A stretch of 64,000 bases of DNA from Thermosediminibacterales bacterium (GTDB lineage: Bacteria; Bacillota; Thermosediminibacteria; Koleobacterales; JARRCM01): the NCBI GenBank assembly GCA_029982205.1, contig JARRCM010000009.1, forward strand, positions 2,042 through 66,041, read 5' to 3'. The notes beneath the pieces are model-generated. The model saw only the letters and a list, made by a program, of their open reading frames with translations. It was not told where the DNA came from and did no database searches. A program made the translations under genes and the position numbers. Of this stretch, positions 9,061 through 18,653 are shown one piece after another (positions within the stretch are counted from its first letter, which is position 1; each line of letters starts with the position of its first letter).

Positions 9061-11361
9061 CTATCCACATTTAGAATACCCGCATGAGCGGCACACAATA
9101 CACCCACCTTCATGTTCAATAACACCCCCACACTCAGGGCATCTGGTTTTAAAACTTAAATCTTCAGCTAAGCAGCCTGTTTCATCTTCAGAGGGGTAAA
9201 TCTTGCTCATGAGTTCGCGGTTACCACCATTCCCATTAGAAATATTAATTTTTTCTCCTATACAGCGTTCAATAGCCCTTCCAATAGCATCAGGGCAAGA
9301 TAAAACTTTGAGCCCTTTTTTTCTGATGGTAGAGTGGCATCTGATTCCCTTCAGCTGTTCTACTATTGATTTGACTTCGATTCCCGAGCGCAGGGCAAGA
9401 GATATCAGTCTGCTCGTGGCCTCCGACTGCGAAGGGCAGCCTCCGGCACGTCCGAGGTTTGTAAACACTTCACATATACCTTTTTCATCTGAATTTACTG
9501 TTATGTATAGATTGCCGCAACCTATCTTAACCTTTTCTGTATTGCCATATGTTATATTAGGCCTGGGACGGGGAGTTAGTTTTCCGCTTCCGCCTTCCTG
9601 TTTGGGAGGATCATTTTCTCCTTGTTTTTGAGCCAGACCTTTGTTCAAAACCTGTTCCTCACGGCTGCCGTCACGGTAAATGGTAACCCCCTTACAGCCC
9701 AGCTTATAAGCCATCAGATAAACCTTTTTCACATCTTCTTTTGTGGCTTCATTCGGGAAGTTTACCGTTTTTGATACGGCATTATCGGTATACTTCTGAA
9801 ACGCTGCCTGAATCCTTATGTGCCATTCCGGTTCCACATCATGTGCAGTTACAAAAACTTTTTTAATGTCTTCCGGGATAAAGTCTATGTCTTTTAATGA
9901 ACCTCTTTCCGCAACTTTCCTCAGAAGTTCATCGCTGTAAAATCCCCGTTCTTTAGCTGTTTCTTGAAAAATCGGATGAACCTCAACAAGCCTGTCGTTA
10001 TCCATTACATGACGTTCAAAAGCCAGGGCAAACACAGGTTCAATCCCGCTGCTGGCCCCACATATAATGCTGATGCTTCCTGTTGGGGCTATAGTTGTTG
10101 TTGTGGCATTCCTCAACTTCATTCCGCCGGGTCTATCAAAGATACTTCCTTCAAAGTTCGGAAATGTTCCCCTTTCAATTGCAAGACTTTCAGATGCTTT
10201 TTTGGATTCACAGTTTATAAACTTCATTATCTCTTCTGCGGTTGTTACTGCAGCTTCAGAGTTATAAGGGATACCCAGGCGAATAAGCATGTCCGCAAAG
10301 CCCATAACTCCAAGGCCTATTTTCCGGTTCGCTTTTGTTTTTTCTTCTATAATTTTTAACGGGTATTTATTTACATCGATAACATTATCAAGAAACCTCA
10401 CCGCAAGGTGCACGGTTTTCTTCAATTTTTCGTAATCTACAGCCCATCTGCTGCTGTTTTGTTCTTTTTTAACCATTTTTGAAAGGTTTATCGACCCAAG
10501 GTTGCATGACTCATAGGGCAATAAAGGCTGTTCCCCGCATGGGTTAGTGCTTTCAATCTGCCCGTCTTTTGGTGTAGGATTAAATTCATTCATGCGGTCG
10601 ATGAAAATAATCCCAGGCTCGCCGTTTTTCCAGGCCATTTCCACTATAAGATTAAAGACCTCCCGGGCGTTTAGGCTGCCGGTTATCTTTTTCGTATGAG
10701 GATCAATAAGGTTATAGTCTTTGTTTTCTTCAACAGCCTTCATAAACTCATCTGTTAGCGCCACGCTTATATTAAAATTGGTGATATCTTTATTGTCCCT
10801 TTTACACCTGATAAACTCCAGTATGTCGGGGTGGTCTACCCGCAGGATGCCCATGTTGGCACCCCTTCGCGTACCGCCCTGTTTCACAGCTTCGGTGGCC
10901 GAGTTGAAAACTTTCATAAATGATATGGGGCCCGAGGCTACCCCACCTGTTGACCTTACCGTAGAGCCCTTAGGCCTAAGCCTTGAAAAACTAAAACCTG
11001 TTCCGCCCCCGCTTTTATGGATAAGAGCAGCTTGTTTGATTGCGTCAAATATGCCTTCCATTGAGTCTTCCACAGGAAGCACAAAACATGCGGAAAGCTG
11101 CCCAAGCTCCCTTCCCGCATTCATCAAAGTAGGAGAGTTGGGCATAAACTCCAGTCTTGTCATCATTCCGTAAAACTCTTCTTCTATCCTTTTTACATCA
11201 GCATTTTTATCATAATTCAGTTCAGCCTGTGCTATTGTTTTTGCCACCCTTCGAAACATGTCTTCAGGTTTTTCAACAAGCCTGCCGTCTTCATCTTTTT
11301 TCAGGTATCGCCTCTCTAAAACTTTAACCGCATTTTCTGTTAATTTCAGTTTTTTCTCCAT
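9061..11361 (-). CDS. nrdJ: Class II (AdoCbl-dependent) ribonucleotide reductase with fused TSCPD and Zn-ribbon domains
   Basis: [51 protein letters not shown]; ATG at 11361 follows RBS GAGGTG. Confidence 0.95.
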   Translation of the reverse strand: MEKKLKLTENAVKVLERRYLKKDEDGRLVEKPEDMFRRVAKTIAQAELNYDKNADVKRIEEEFYGMMTRLEFMPNSPTLMNAGRELGQLSACFVLPVEDSMEGIFDAIKQAALIHKSGGGTGFSFSRLRPKGSTVRSTGGVASGPISFMKVFNSATEAVKQGGTRRGANMGILRVDHPDILEFIRCKRDNKDITNFNISVALTDEFMKAVEENKDYNLIDPHTKKITGSLNAREVFNLIVEMAWKNGEPGIIFIDRMNEFNPTPKDGQIESTNPCGEQPLLPYESCNLGSINLSKMVKKEQNSSRWAVDYEKLKKTVHLAVRFLDNVIDVNKYPLKIIEEKTKANRKIGLGVMGFADMLIRLGIPYNSEAAVTTAEEIMKFINCESKKASESLAIERGTFPNFEGSIFDRPGGMKLRNATTTTIAPTGSISIICGASSGIEPVFALAFERHVMDNDRLVEVHPIFQETAKERGFYSDELLRKVAERGSLKDIDFIPEDIKKVFVTAHDVEPEWHIRIQAAFQKYTDNAVSKTVNFPNEATKEDVKKVYLMAYKLGCKGVTIYRDGSREEQVLNKGLAQKQGENDPPKQEGGSGKLTPRPRPNITYGNTEKVKIGCGNLYITVNSDEKGICEVFTNLGRAGGCPSQSEATSRLISLALRSGIEVKSIVEQLKGIRCHSTIRKKGLKVLSCPDAIGRAIERCIGEKINISNGNGGNRELMSKIYPSEDETGCLAEDLSFKTRCPECGGVIEHEGGCIVCRSCGYSKCG

Positions 11362-11373
11362 TAACAGCACCTC

Positions 11374-12063
11374 TTATCTTATTATAGATTCCAAAACATA
11401 GTTTTTTAAAACTCTTTTTAAATACATGAATTCTTTATCAGAATATGTTGTTTTAGAAACAAAATCGCTATCTAGCGTCTTTGTAGGAACAAATTTTTGA
11501 AGAACATACCTTTCAGCACCTTTTATGATTTTTGCTATTTGTATTATATCATTCAAATCAAGCATAGATTTTATTACAGTTGTTCTAAACTCATAATCTA
11601 ATCCCGAATCCATAATCAATTTTATGCTCTGTTTGATTTTTCCAGGGTCAACACTACTTCTTGCGATTTCTTTATATTTTTCTAACGGAGCTTTTATGTC
11701 CATAGCAAAATAATCTATAGTTCTTGATTCAATCAACTTATTAATCGTTTCCGGATTGCTCCCATTCGAATCCAGTTTGACAAGATACCCCATATCCTTA
11801 ATACGCTCAATAAAATCAATTAAATCGGTTTGAAGTGTTGGTTCACCACCTGTTACAACAACAGCATCAAGTTTCCCCTTACGACTCTTTAAAAATCCGA
11901 AAACTTCTTCATTGCATAAAGGTTCCTCAAAAAAATCAGGATTAACAAGCTCCGGGTTATGACAATAAGGACACCTGAAATTGCATCCCTGTGTAAACAC
12001 AACAGCGCTGATTTTACCCGGATAATCTATTAGTGAGAACTTCTGTAAGCCTCCAATATTCAT
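11374..12063 (-). CDS. nrdG: Anaerobic RNR activating enzyme (radical SAM)
   Basis: GCNFRCPYCHN CX3CX2C, TGGEP; ATGA overlap with nrdD. Confidence 0.95.
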   Translation of the reverse strand: MNIGGLQKFSLIDYPGKISAVVFTQGCNFRCPYCHNPELVNPDFFEEPLCNEEVFGFLKSRKGKLDAVVVTGGEPTLQTDLIDFIERIKDMGYLVKLDSNGSNPETINKLIESRTIDYFAMDIKAPLEKYKEIARSSVDPGKIKQSIKLIMDSGLDYEFRTTVIKSMLDLNDIIQIAKIIKGAERYVLQKFVPTKTLDSDFVSKTTYSDKEFMYLKRVLKNYVLESIIR

Positions 12064-14156
12064 AATCCCTTAACCTCAAAAGTTTTTCTCAGTTTAAACT
12101 CCTCTTTTTTACCTTTGTTCCATTGATTAACAGGTCTCAGATAACCCACCACACGTGAATAGACTTCACACACAGACCCACATCTTGGACATTTGCTGTG
12201 TTCTCCTGATAAATAGCCATGAGCGGGACAAACGCTAAATGTAGGTGTTAATGTAAAGTAGGGCAGACGGTAGTTTTCACAAATTTTTTTAATCAAATTT
12301 TTAACTGAGTCCCTATTATTTATTTGCTCACCTAAAAAGATATGCATCACAGTACCGCTTGTGTATTTTGTCTGTATTTCGTCCTGCAGATCCAAAGCTT
12401 CAAACACATCATCGGTAAAATTGACAGGAAGCTGGCTGGAATTTGTATAAAACGGTTCTGCGCCTTTTTTGTATTCCTCTTCATTTGCACAAACTATTTC
12501 AGAGAATTTATCTTTATCTATTCTTGCGAGCCTGTAAGACGTCCCTTCAGCCGGAGTGGCTTCGAGATTATAGTTGTTTCCGGTTTCCTCCTGGAACTCA
12601 AGCAGTTTATCCCTCATAAAGTCTAAAACCTTAAGGGTAAAAGCCCTTGATTTTTCTGAAGCAATATTTTCCCCAAACATGTTTAAACAGGCCTCATTCA
12701 TTCCAACCAAACCCAGTGTAGAAAAATGGTTTTTCCAGTATTCATTAAAACGTTTTTTAATATCCCTCAGATAGTATTTGGCATATGGATAAAGGTCTTC
12801 ACCGGTATACTTTTCAAGGACCTTTCTTTTTATCTCAAGACTGCTTTTTGCCAGAACCATAAGTTTTTCTAATCTGTCAAAGAAATCGGCCTCATCTTTG
12901 GCAAGGTATCCAAGCCTTGGCATGTTAATCGTAACCACACCAATAGAACCGGTCAAAGGATTCGCTCCAAAAAGACCTCCTCCCCTCTTCTTCAATTCCC
13001 TTGTATCGAGGCGGAGACGGCAGCACATTGACCTTGCATCTTCAGGGCTCATGTCTGAATTTATGAAATTAGAAAAGTAGGGGATACCGTATTTGGCCGT
13101 CACTTCCCAGAGAATATCCAGATTGTGGTTTTCCCAGTCAAACTCATTAGTTATGTTGTAAGTTGGTATGGGGAAGGTGAAAACCCTTCCTTTAGCGTCT
13201 CCTTCCAGCATTACTTCCAGAAACGCCTTGTTGAGCATGTCCATCTCTTTCTGAAACTCTTTATACGTTTCCTTTTGCTGTCTGCCTCCGATTACTACAG
13301 GCTGATCAGCAAGATATCCAGGAACAGTAAGGTCAAATGTGACATTTGTAAAAGGCGTCTGAAATCCAACCCTTGTGGGGACATTCAGATTAAAAACAAA
13401 TTCCTGCAGAGCCTGTTTGACATCTCTAAACCCAAGACCGTCATATCTTATGAAAGGGGCAAGATATGTGTCAAAGTTGCTGAAAGCCTGAGCACCGGCA
13501 GCCTCACCCTGAAGCGTATAAAAGAAATTGACTATTTGACCAAGTGCGCTGCGAAAATGTTTTGCAGGTTTGCTTTCTACCTTTCCGGGCACTCCTTTAA
13601 AACCCTCTACCAGCAGGTCATAAAGGTCCCATCCTACACAGTAGACAGAAAGAATGTTCAAATCGTGAATATGTAAATCCCCGTTCACGTGAGCCTGTCT
13701 GATTTCAGGCGGATAGATTTTGTTCAACCAGTAAATTTTACTTGTTTCTGAAGAAATATAATTGTTTAACCCCTGTAAAGAAAAATTCATATTGCTGTTT
13801 TCATTAACCTGCCAGTCAAGCTGTTTCAGATATTGGTCTATCAGGTCAATCCCTGCCTTGGCTGTAATTTCTCTTATCTTTGCATGCTGCTCTCGATAAA
13901 TAATATACGCTTTTGCAGTCCTTCGATAAGGAGAAGACAAAAGGACTTCTTCTACTATGTCCTGAATCTCTTCAACCGTGGGAATTTGCTGCCCGAAATA
14001 TTTTTCAGCCAAATTTAAAACCTTAATAGTAAGCCTTTTCGCAATATGACAGTCAAATTCCCCCGTTGCCGCACCGGCCTTCGCAATCGCATTCGTAATT
14101 TTCTCAGCATCAAACTCGGTTATTCTGCCATCTCTTTTTTTAATAGTTTTGAACAT
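12060..14156 (-). CDS. nrdD: Class III anaerobic ribonucleoside-triphosphate reductase with ATP cone
   Basis: N-terminal KKRDG...FD.EKI ATP cone, SMCCRL, EATPAEG, glycyl radical YSRVVGYLRP. Confidence 0.96.
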   Translation of the reverse strand: MFKTIKKRDGRITEFDAEKITNAIAKAGAATGEFDCHIAKRLTIKVLNLAEKYFGQQIPTVEEIQDIVEEVLLSSPYRRTAKAYIIYREQHAKIREITAKAGIDLIDQYLKQLDWQVNENSNMNFSLQGLNNYISSETSKIYWLNKIYPPEIRQAHVNGDLHIHDLNILSVYCVGWDLYDLLVEGFKGVPGKVESKPAKHFRSALGQIVNFFYTLQGEAAGAQAFSNFDTYLAPFIRYDGLGFRDVKQALQEFVFNLNVPTRVGFQTPFTNVTFDLTVPGYLADQPVVIGGRQQKETYKEFQKEMDMLNKAFLEVMLEGDAKGRVFTFPIPTYNITNEFDWENHNLDILWEVTAKYGIPYFSNFINSDMSPEDARSMCCRLRLDTRELKKRGGGLFGANPLTGSIGVVTINMPRLGYLAKDEADFFDRLEKLMVLAKSSLEIKRKVLEKYTGEDLYPYAKYYLRDIKKRFNEYWKNHFSTLGLVGMNEACLNMFGENIASEKSRAFTLKVLDFMRDKLLEFQEETGNNYNLEATPAEGTSYRLARIDKDKFSEIVCANEEEYKKGAEPFYTNSSQLPVNFTDDVFEALDLQDEIQTKYTSGTVMHIFLGEQINNRDSVKNLIKKICENYRLPYFTLTPTFSVCPAHGYLSGEHSKCPRCGSVCEVYSRVVGYLRPVNQWNKGKKEEFKLRKTFEVKGL

Positions 14157-14216
14157 GATACTTCTCTCCTTTAATTACTGTTTCATTTAAATCTTCCTGA
14201 CAAACTATATTTTAGT

Positions 14217-14471
14217 TTATAAATCGGATATATAAAAATATTCTTTAGTATTTTTATAATCACTATCTAATTTATAGCAAAACACTTCATCAAAGTTAGT
14301 ATTTTTAAGGTATTGATTATTATCTAAAAGATTTTTAAAAGCTTCCTTTGCGTTTACACCAGAAGAAAAACCAATTACTTGTAAATTCTCAATATCTGGT
14401 AAAATAGATTCTGAATTAGGTTGAAAAGTATATCCTTCGGTTGTCAAAAATATATAGTAATTTATATCCAC
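14217..14471 (-). CDS. Hypothetical 84-aa protein coupled to the PLD-wH nuclease
   Basis: GTG start with RBS GGGAGG inside the upstream gene, 10-nt overlap, AT-rich like its partner. Confidence 0.7.
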   Translation of the reverse strand: MDINYYIFLTTEGYTFQPNSESILPDIENLQVIGFSSGVNAKEAFKNLLDNNQYLKNTNFDEVFCYKLDSDYKNTKEYFYISDL

Positions 14472-15271
14472 AGCTTTTTGTACCTCCCTTTACCTAAAAA
14501 TTTTATTAATCCCATATCTCTTAGGAATTGTAATTGCTGACGGATTTTGGCTTCTATGTTATGGTTTTCCGGGTAAATTTTTTGTAAATCTGGCTTATAT
14601 TTATAAACATCACTTAATTCAAAGACAAATTTGTTAATTTTATTTAATTGATTAAATATTGCAAGTTTCCACCCTGAAAGACTTTTTTTTATTGATTCTA
14701 TACCTCCAGTAAATAAATCATCTTGATAAACCTCCTCATCTTGAAAGCCTATTAAATTTATTTCTGGAAGTTTAATTTTCTTTTCTTGAGGTATATTATT
14801 TAGAATTCTATCAATGGTTTCAATAATTTCATTTGTAATTTCTCCACTTAATTCACTCTGATAAATCAAATCAAAATCTTCACATACTTTCTTAACCAAA
14901 TTCGGCTCATCTGAAAGTATTCCATATTCATAGTTTTTAGTTAAACCAGAATTAGTAAGGTTAGCTGAGGTTATAACAACAGATCTTTCATCAAAAATAT
15001 ATATTTTCGCATGCAAATTTTGATAATTCTTTATTCTTCCATTTTTCTCTAAAATATAACGCATAGCCTCAAGGTCAGAAGCTCGTTTATAAAAATGTGC
15101 AATATTAAAATTAGTAATTAAATCAAAATTAACTTTTTTACTTTTATATTTGAAAATCTTTTTTAAAACCTTATATTTGACAAATGGAGAACATATTTTG
15201 ATACTGTTTTTAGTTTCGAAAACATATTGAAGAAATTTATTTTCCCATGGTTTATTAATTATTTCTATCAT
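14462..15271 (-). CDS. PLD-family (HKD) nuclease fused to DpnI-type winged-helix domain; putative m6A-dependent type IV restriction enzyme
   Basis: LHAKIYIFD...TSANLT (HxKx4Dx6xSxN); C-terminal YPENHNIEAKIRQQLQFLRDMGLIKFLGKGRY resembles DpnI/DRP wH signature. Confidence 0.82.
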   Translation of the reverse strand: MIEIINKPWENKFLQYVFETKNSIKICSPFVKYKVLKKIFKYKSKKVNFDLITNFNIAHFYKRASDLEAMRYILEKNGRIKNYQNLHAKIYIFDERSVVITSANLTNSGLTKNYEYGILSDEPNLVKKVCEDFDLIYQSELSGEITNEIIETIDRILNNIPQEKKIKLPEINLIGFQDEEVYQDDLFTGGIESIKKSLSGWKLAIFNQLNKINKFVFELSDVYKYKPDLQKIYPENHNIEAKIRQQLQFLRDMGLIKFLGKGRYKKLWI

Positions 15272-15323
15272 TTTCTTCACCCTTTTATATAATTACTTGA
15301 TAATACTCATATTTAATTGTTAA

Positions 15324-15339
15324 ATCCCATATATAGTAA
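15324..15339. promoter_or_regulatory. NrdR box 2
   Basis: ATCCCATATATAGTAA (rc TTACTATATATGGGAT) vs consensus acaCwAtATaTwGtgt; 32 bp from box 1. Confidence 0.75.
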
Positions 15340-15347
15340 CCAATTTT

Positions 15348-15376
15348 ATTATAATACTCAATATATAGTATGTCCA
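15348..15376 (-). promoter_or_regulatory. sigmaA promoter of PLD-wH/nrdDGJ transcript
   Basis: TGGACA-N17-TATAAT on minus strand. Confidence 0.75.
15356..15371. promoter_or_regulatory. NrdR box 1
   Basis: ACTCAATATATAGTAT, near-consensus; lies in promoter spacer. Confidence 0.82.
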
Positions 15377-15459
15377 ACTCTTGTTTGGTAGATATTCTCT
15401 TTAATAAGTTAATATATCTTTTTTTTCCTCCAAATTACTTTCAGTAATTTATTTATAAG

Positions 15460-15485
15460 AATAACAGCCCCAAAGGGCTGTTATT
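15460..15485 (-). terminator. Terminator-like hairpin after DUF4015 gene
   Basis: AATAACAGCCC-caaa-GGGCTGTTATT 11-bp stem. Confidence 0.7.
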
Positions 15486-15527
15486 GTTCTGTTCTTTACA
15501 TTTTTTACAAAGAATTGCACTAATATA

Positions 15528-16760
15528 TCATTCGCTTCGTTCCTCTTCAATCCCTAAAGTGTTCATGGCCTCAAGTTTTTCAGTTGTAGTTTGTTTTTTT
15601 TCCAACGCCCCCACAGTATAGTAATTGCTTGGATTCCATAAAATCCACTCTTTAAGACCGGTATCATAAACTGCCTTGATCTGTGCTTTCACTTCTTTCA
15701 CACCATAAGGATAACCCAGAGAAAAATCCTGGAGCCATGGTCTTATTATTGCTTTATTGTTATCCATCTTGTTTAAACGCCTTACAGCATGACTCAGGCT
15801 TGCATAAACGGTTTCATAAGGAGATGCATTTGGATTTGGTATCCCGTAAGAACCCATAGCATAATGAGAAGGATACACCATCGGACATATATAGTCAACT
15901 ACTTCTGCGATATCTTCTAATACCTGACCGATATTGAGGTCATCTGAAGCTGAAGTGACAAGACCGAAAACGTCTGCAGAAACATATACTCCCCGCGGGT
16001 TTAAACGGCTTCGGGCATATTCCAAAAACCTTTTAATCACTTTGGATTTCGGTTCATCTGTGATTTTATCATATACAATGTTTTTCAGGTTTCCGTCTGA
16101 CGGAAACCTTACATAATCAAACTGAATTTCTTTAAATCCCAGTTTTGCCGCTTCTTCAGCCAATTTTATATTGTATTCCCAAACTTCTTTTAAATAAGGA
16201 TTGACCCATCCTTTCCCTTTATAATCAGTCCACACTCTGCCATCTTTAGTTTTCACTGCCCACTCTGGCTTGTTTTTTGCTAATATTGGATCTTTAAACA
16301 CAACTATTCGTGCAATAGAATATATGTGATTTTCTTCTAGTATCCTTAAAATCTCTTTAATATCATTTATTTTAGCAGAAACCGCATTTATGTCTTTAGC
16401 CTGCTGCACCTGGGTATTGAAAGTCACTTGTCCTGTAGCATCTTTGATATCTATCACCATAGAATTAAGCTCTGTTGATTTCACAAGATCCACCAATTCA
16501 AAAAAACGTTTTCGATTTCCCGCGCTCCAACCTGTCAGATAAATACCCTTTACTTCCACAGGTTTCCATACTGGTTTCACCTTCTCAAAGGGCTGAATGA
16601 AAAAGTCATCTATACTTTTGTTTTTTTTCTCAGTGTAAACCTCGTCACTAACCGAAACATCATCCTGATATGCAGGGATTGATTTGTCACAGGCTGTTAG
16701 TACCATTGATACTATTATTAATGTAATTATAAAAAAAATGTTTTGCCTCTTTTCCCTCAA
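15528..16760 (-). CDS. Putative glycoside hydrolase lipoprotein (DUF4015-like)
   Basis: Lipobox LTAC; KGIYLT, VIDIKD, ARIVVFKD, EIQFDYVRFP, SADVFG, PMVYPSHY, RPWLQDF. Confidence 0.8.
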   Translation of the reverse strand: MREKRQNIFFIITLIIVSMVLTACDKSIPAYQDDVSVSDEVYTEKKNKSIDDFFIQPFEKVKPVWKPVEVKGIYLTGWSAGNRKRFFELVDLVKSTELNSMVIDIKDATGQVTFNTQVQQAKDINAVSAKINDIKEILRILEENHIYSIARIVVFKDPILAKNKPEWAVKTKDGRVWTDYKGKGWVNPYLKEVWEYNIKLAEEAAKLGFKEIQFDYVRFPSDGNLKNIVYDKITDEPKSKVIKRFLEYARSRLNPRGVYVSADVFGLVTSASDDLNIGQVLEDIAEVVDYICPMVYPSHYAMGSYGIPNPNASPYETVYASLSHAVRRLNKMDNNKAIIRPWLQDFSLGYPYGVKEVKAQIKAVYDTGLKEWILWNPSNYYTVGALEKKQTTTEKLEAMNTLGIEEERSE

Positions 16761-16903
16761 GCTTTTCGACCTCCTGTTTGTGTTTAAATGCTATGTTAAT
16801 ACTTTTAACTTGCTTTATCTGATACTGTAAAGCATAAAACAACTCATAACAGGAGTTCGACATAAATCGCTTTTTTCCTTTTTGGCAAAACTTAGTGAAA
16901 GTA

Positions 16904-17944
16904 TTATTTTATAATGTGGACATCATCTGTATCAAAAGATATTTTTACTTCTGCTCCTTCACTGAACTTTTCGGTTGTTAATACCCATAAATCAAAACCG
17001 CAGTTTATTTTAAGCTTATAATAACTACCCCTTGATAAGGTTTTTTTAATTGTTCCACTTAACCTGTTTTCACCGGTTTCTTGATTTATTTTAATATTCT
17101 CCGGCCTGATGCAAACCTTGACTTCCTCTACATTTATCGGTTTATTTATATTAATTTTAATATTACCAATCATTATTTCTGAAGAATCTTTACAGGTTTT
17201 CAAAACTTTACCATCCAGAATGTTTTCTACTCCTACAAATTTTGCGATTTCAGCTGTTTCAGGTTTACGCAAAACCTCATCAGGAGAGCCTGTCTGTTTA
17301 ATCCTTCCGGAAAACAAAACAGCTGCTTTTGTTGCAATATAAGGAATTTCGGTAAAATCATGTGTCACAAAAACTGCAGTAATCCCCGTTGTGTCAAGAA
17401 TCTCTTTAAATTCAGCAAGAAGCTTTTCACGTGTGGGAGCATCCAAAGCCGAAAAAGGCTCGTCTAAAAAAATCACCTTCGGATTGTAGCACAGCGACCT
17501 TGCAATAGCAAGCCTCTGTGCCTCACCTCCCGAAAGTGTTTTGGCATATTGGTCTTTCAAGTGATATATCCCCAATCTTTTCAGCCAGTAATTAGTATTT
17601 TTTATTATTTCCCATTTGCTCAATCTTCTAAATTTTAGACCCAAGGCAACATTATCAAATACAGTCATGCCTAATAATACAGGGTTCTGAAATATTGCTG
17701 ACATCTGTCTTATAAAAGGCAGCAAGTTTTCTTTAAAATTTATCTCGTTGCCCTGAAAATAAACCTTTCCATGAGATGGTTTTTCCAAAAGGCACAATGT
17801 CTTTAAAAGGGTTGATTTGCCTGCACCGTTTGGCCCGATTAAAGCCAGCCTGTCACCCTGCCTGAGAACAAACTCGTCAATAGTTAAGATTGTTTTATTT
17901 GATTTTACAATTTCTACATCCTCAAGCCTTAATATTTCTTCCAA
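16904..17944 (-). CDS. tupC: Tungstate ABC transporter ATPase
   Basis: GPNGAGKS, LSGGE, LDEP, TOBE-like C-terminus; in operon with tupAB. Confidence 0.88.
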   Translation of the reverse strand: MEEILRLEDVEIVKSNKTILTIDEFVLRQGDRLALIGPNGAGKSTLLKTLCLLEKPSHGKVYFQGNEINFKENLLPFIRQMSAIFQNPVLLGMTVFDNVALGLKFRRLSKWEIIKNTNYWLKRLGIYHLKDQYAKTLSGGEAQRLAIARSLCYNPKVIFLDEPFSALDAPTREKLLAEFKEILDTTGITAVFVTHDFTEIPYIATKAAVLFSGRIKQTGSPDEVLRKPETAEIAKFVGVENILDGKVLKTCKDSSEIMIGNIKININKPINVEEVKVCIRPENIKINQETGENRLSGTIKKTLSRGSYYKLKINCGFDLWVLTTEKFSEGAEVKISFDTDDVHIIK

Positions 17945-18639
17945 TTATATGTCCTCCTCTGCTGAACAGTAGTAAGAAAGTATGTTATGAGGAATGATAA
18001 AAACATGAGGATAAGGCCTAATGCTATTGCAAGCTCAAACTCTCCTCTTGATACATGAAGGCTGATTGCGGTAGTTAAAACTCTTGTAAGCCCTTTAACA
18101 TTTCCCCCTACCATCATTGCTGCCCCTACTTCTGATACTACCCCGCCAAACCCGGCTATTACAGCTGCTAACAGCGAAAGCCTTGCCTCTGAAACAAGAA
18201 GCAAGGTTAACTGGAATTTAGATGCGCCCAGGGCCTTTAGCTGTAACCGAAGATTAGGGTCAAGCTGTTGTATTGCTGCCATAGACAAACCCATTATAAT
18301 AGGAGAAGCGATAACGGCCTGGGCAATGATTATTGCCGTAGGAGTGTACATAAGGTTTAAAAAACCCAAAGGGCCATATCTCCACAAAAGAATCGATACC
18401 CATAAACCTACAACCACCGGTGGCAATCCCATGCCCGTATTTACTATTGTTATTATAAATCTCTTACCGGGAAAATCACGGAGGGCCAAAAACAACCCAA
18501 CTGGCAGCCCAATGAACACACTTAAAAGCGTTGCAGTTCCGCACACTTTAAAAGTCAAAAGAGTTATCTGTAAAACTTCTTTATCTCCTCTGAGCAGTAG
18601 TTTTAAAGCTGTTTTTAGCCCTTCCAGTATAAACTCCAT
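17929..18639 (-). CDS. tupB: Tungstate ABC transporter permease
   Basis: GMGLPPVVVGL, EVGAAMMVGGN..G.TRVLTTAI. Confidence 0.92.
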   Translation of the reverse strand: MEFILEGLKTALKLLLRGDKEVLQITLLTFKVCGTATLLSVFIGLPVGLFLALRDFPGKRFIITIVNTGMGLPPVVVGLWVSILLWRYGPLGFLNLMYTPTAIIIAQAVIASPIIMGLSMAAIQQLDPNLRLQLKALGASKFQLTLLLVSEARLSLLAAVIAGFGGVVSEVGAAMMVGGNVKGLTRVLTTAISLHVSRGEFELAIALGLILMFLSFLITYFLTTVQQRRTYNWKKY

Positions 18640-18653
18640 TTAAAAAACACCTC

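Noticed and set aside
14202-14217. AAACTATATTTTAGTT, possible NrdR box directly before nrdD
   Set aside because: Only one half matches, with no partner box or promoter; may be a remnant but is not supportable
14157-15460. Mobile-element signature around the PLD-wH cassette
   Set aside because: No transposase, integrase, terminal inverted repeats or clear target duplication seen; only AT-richness suggests foreign origin
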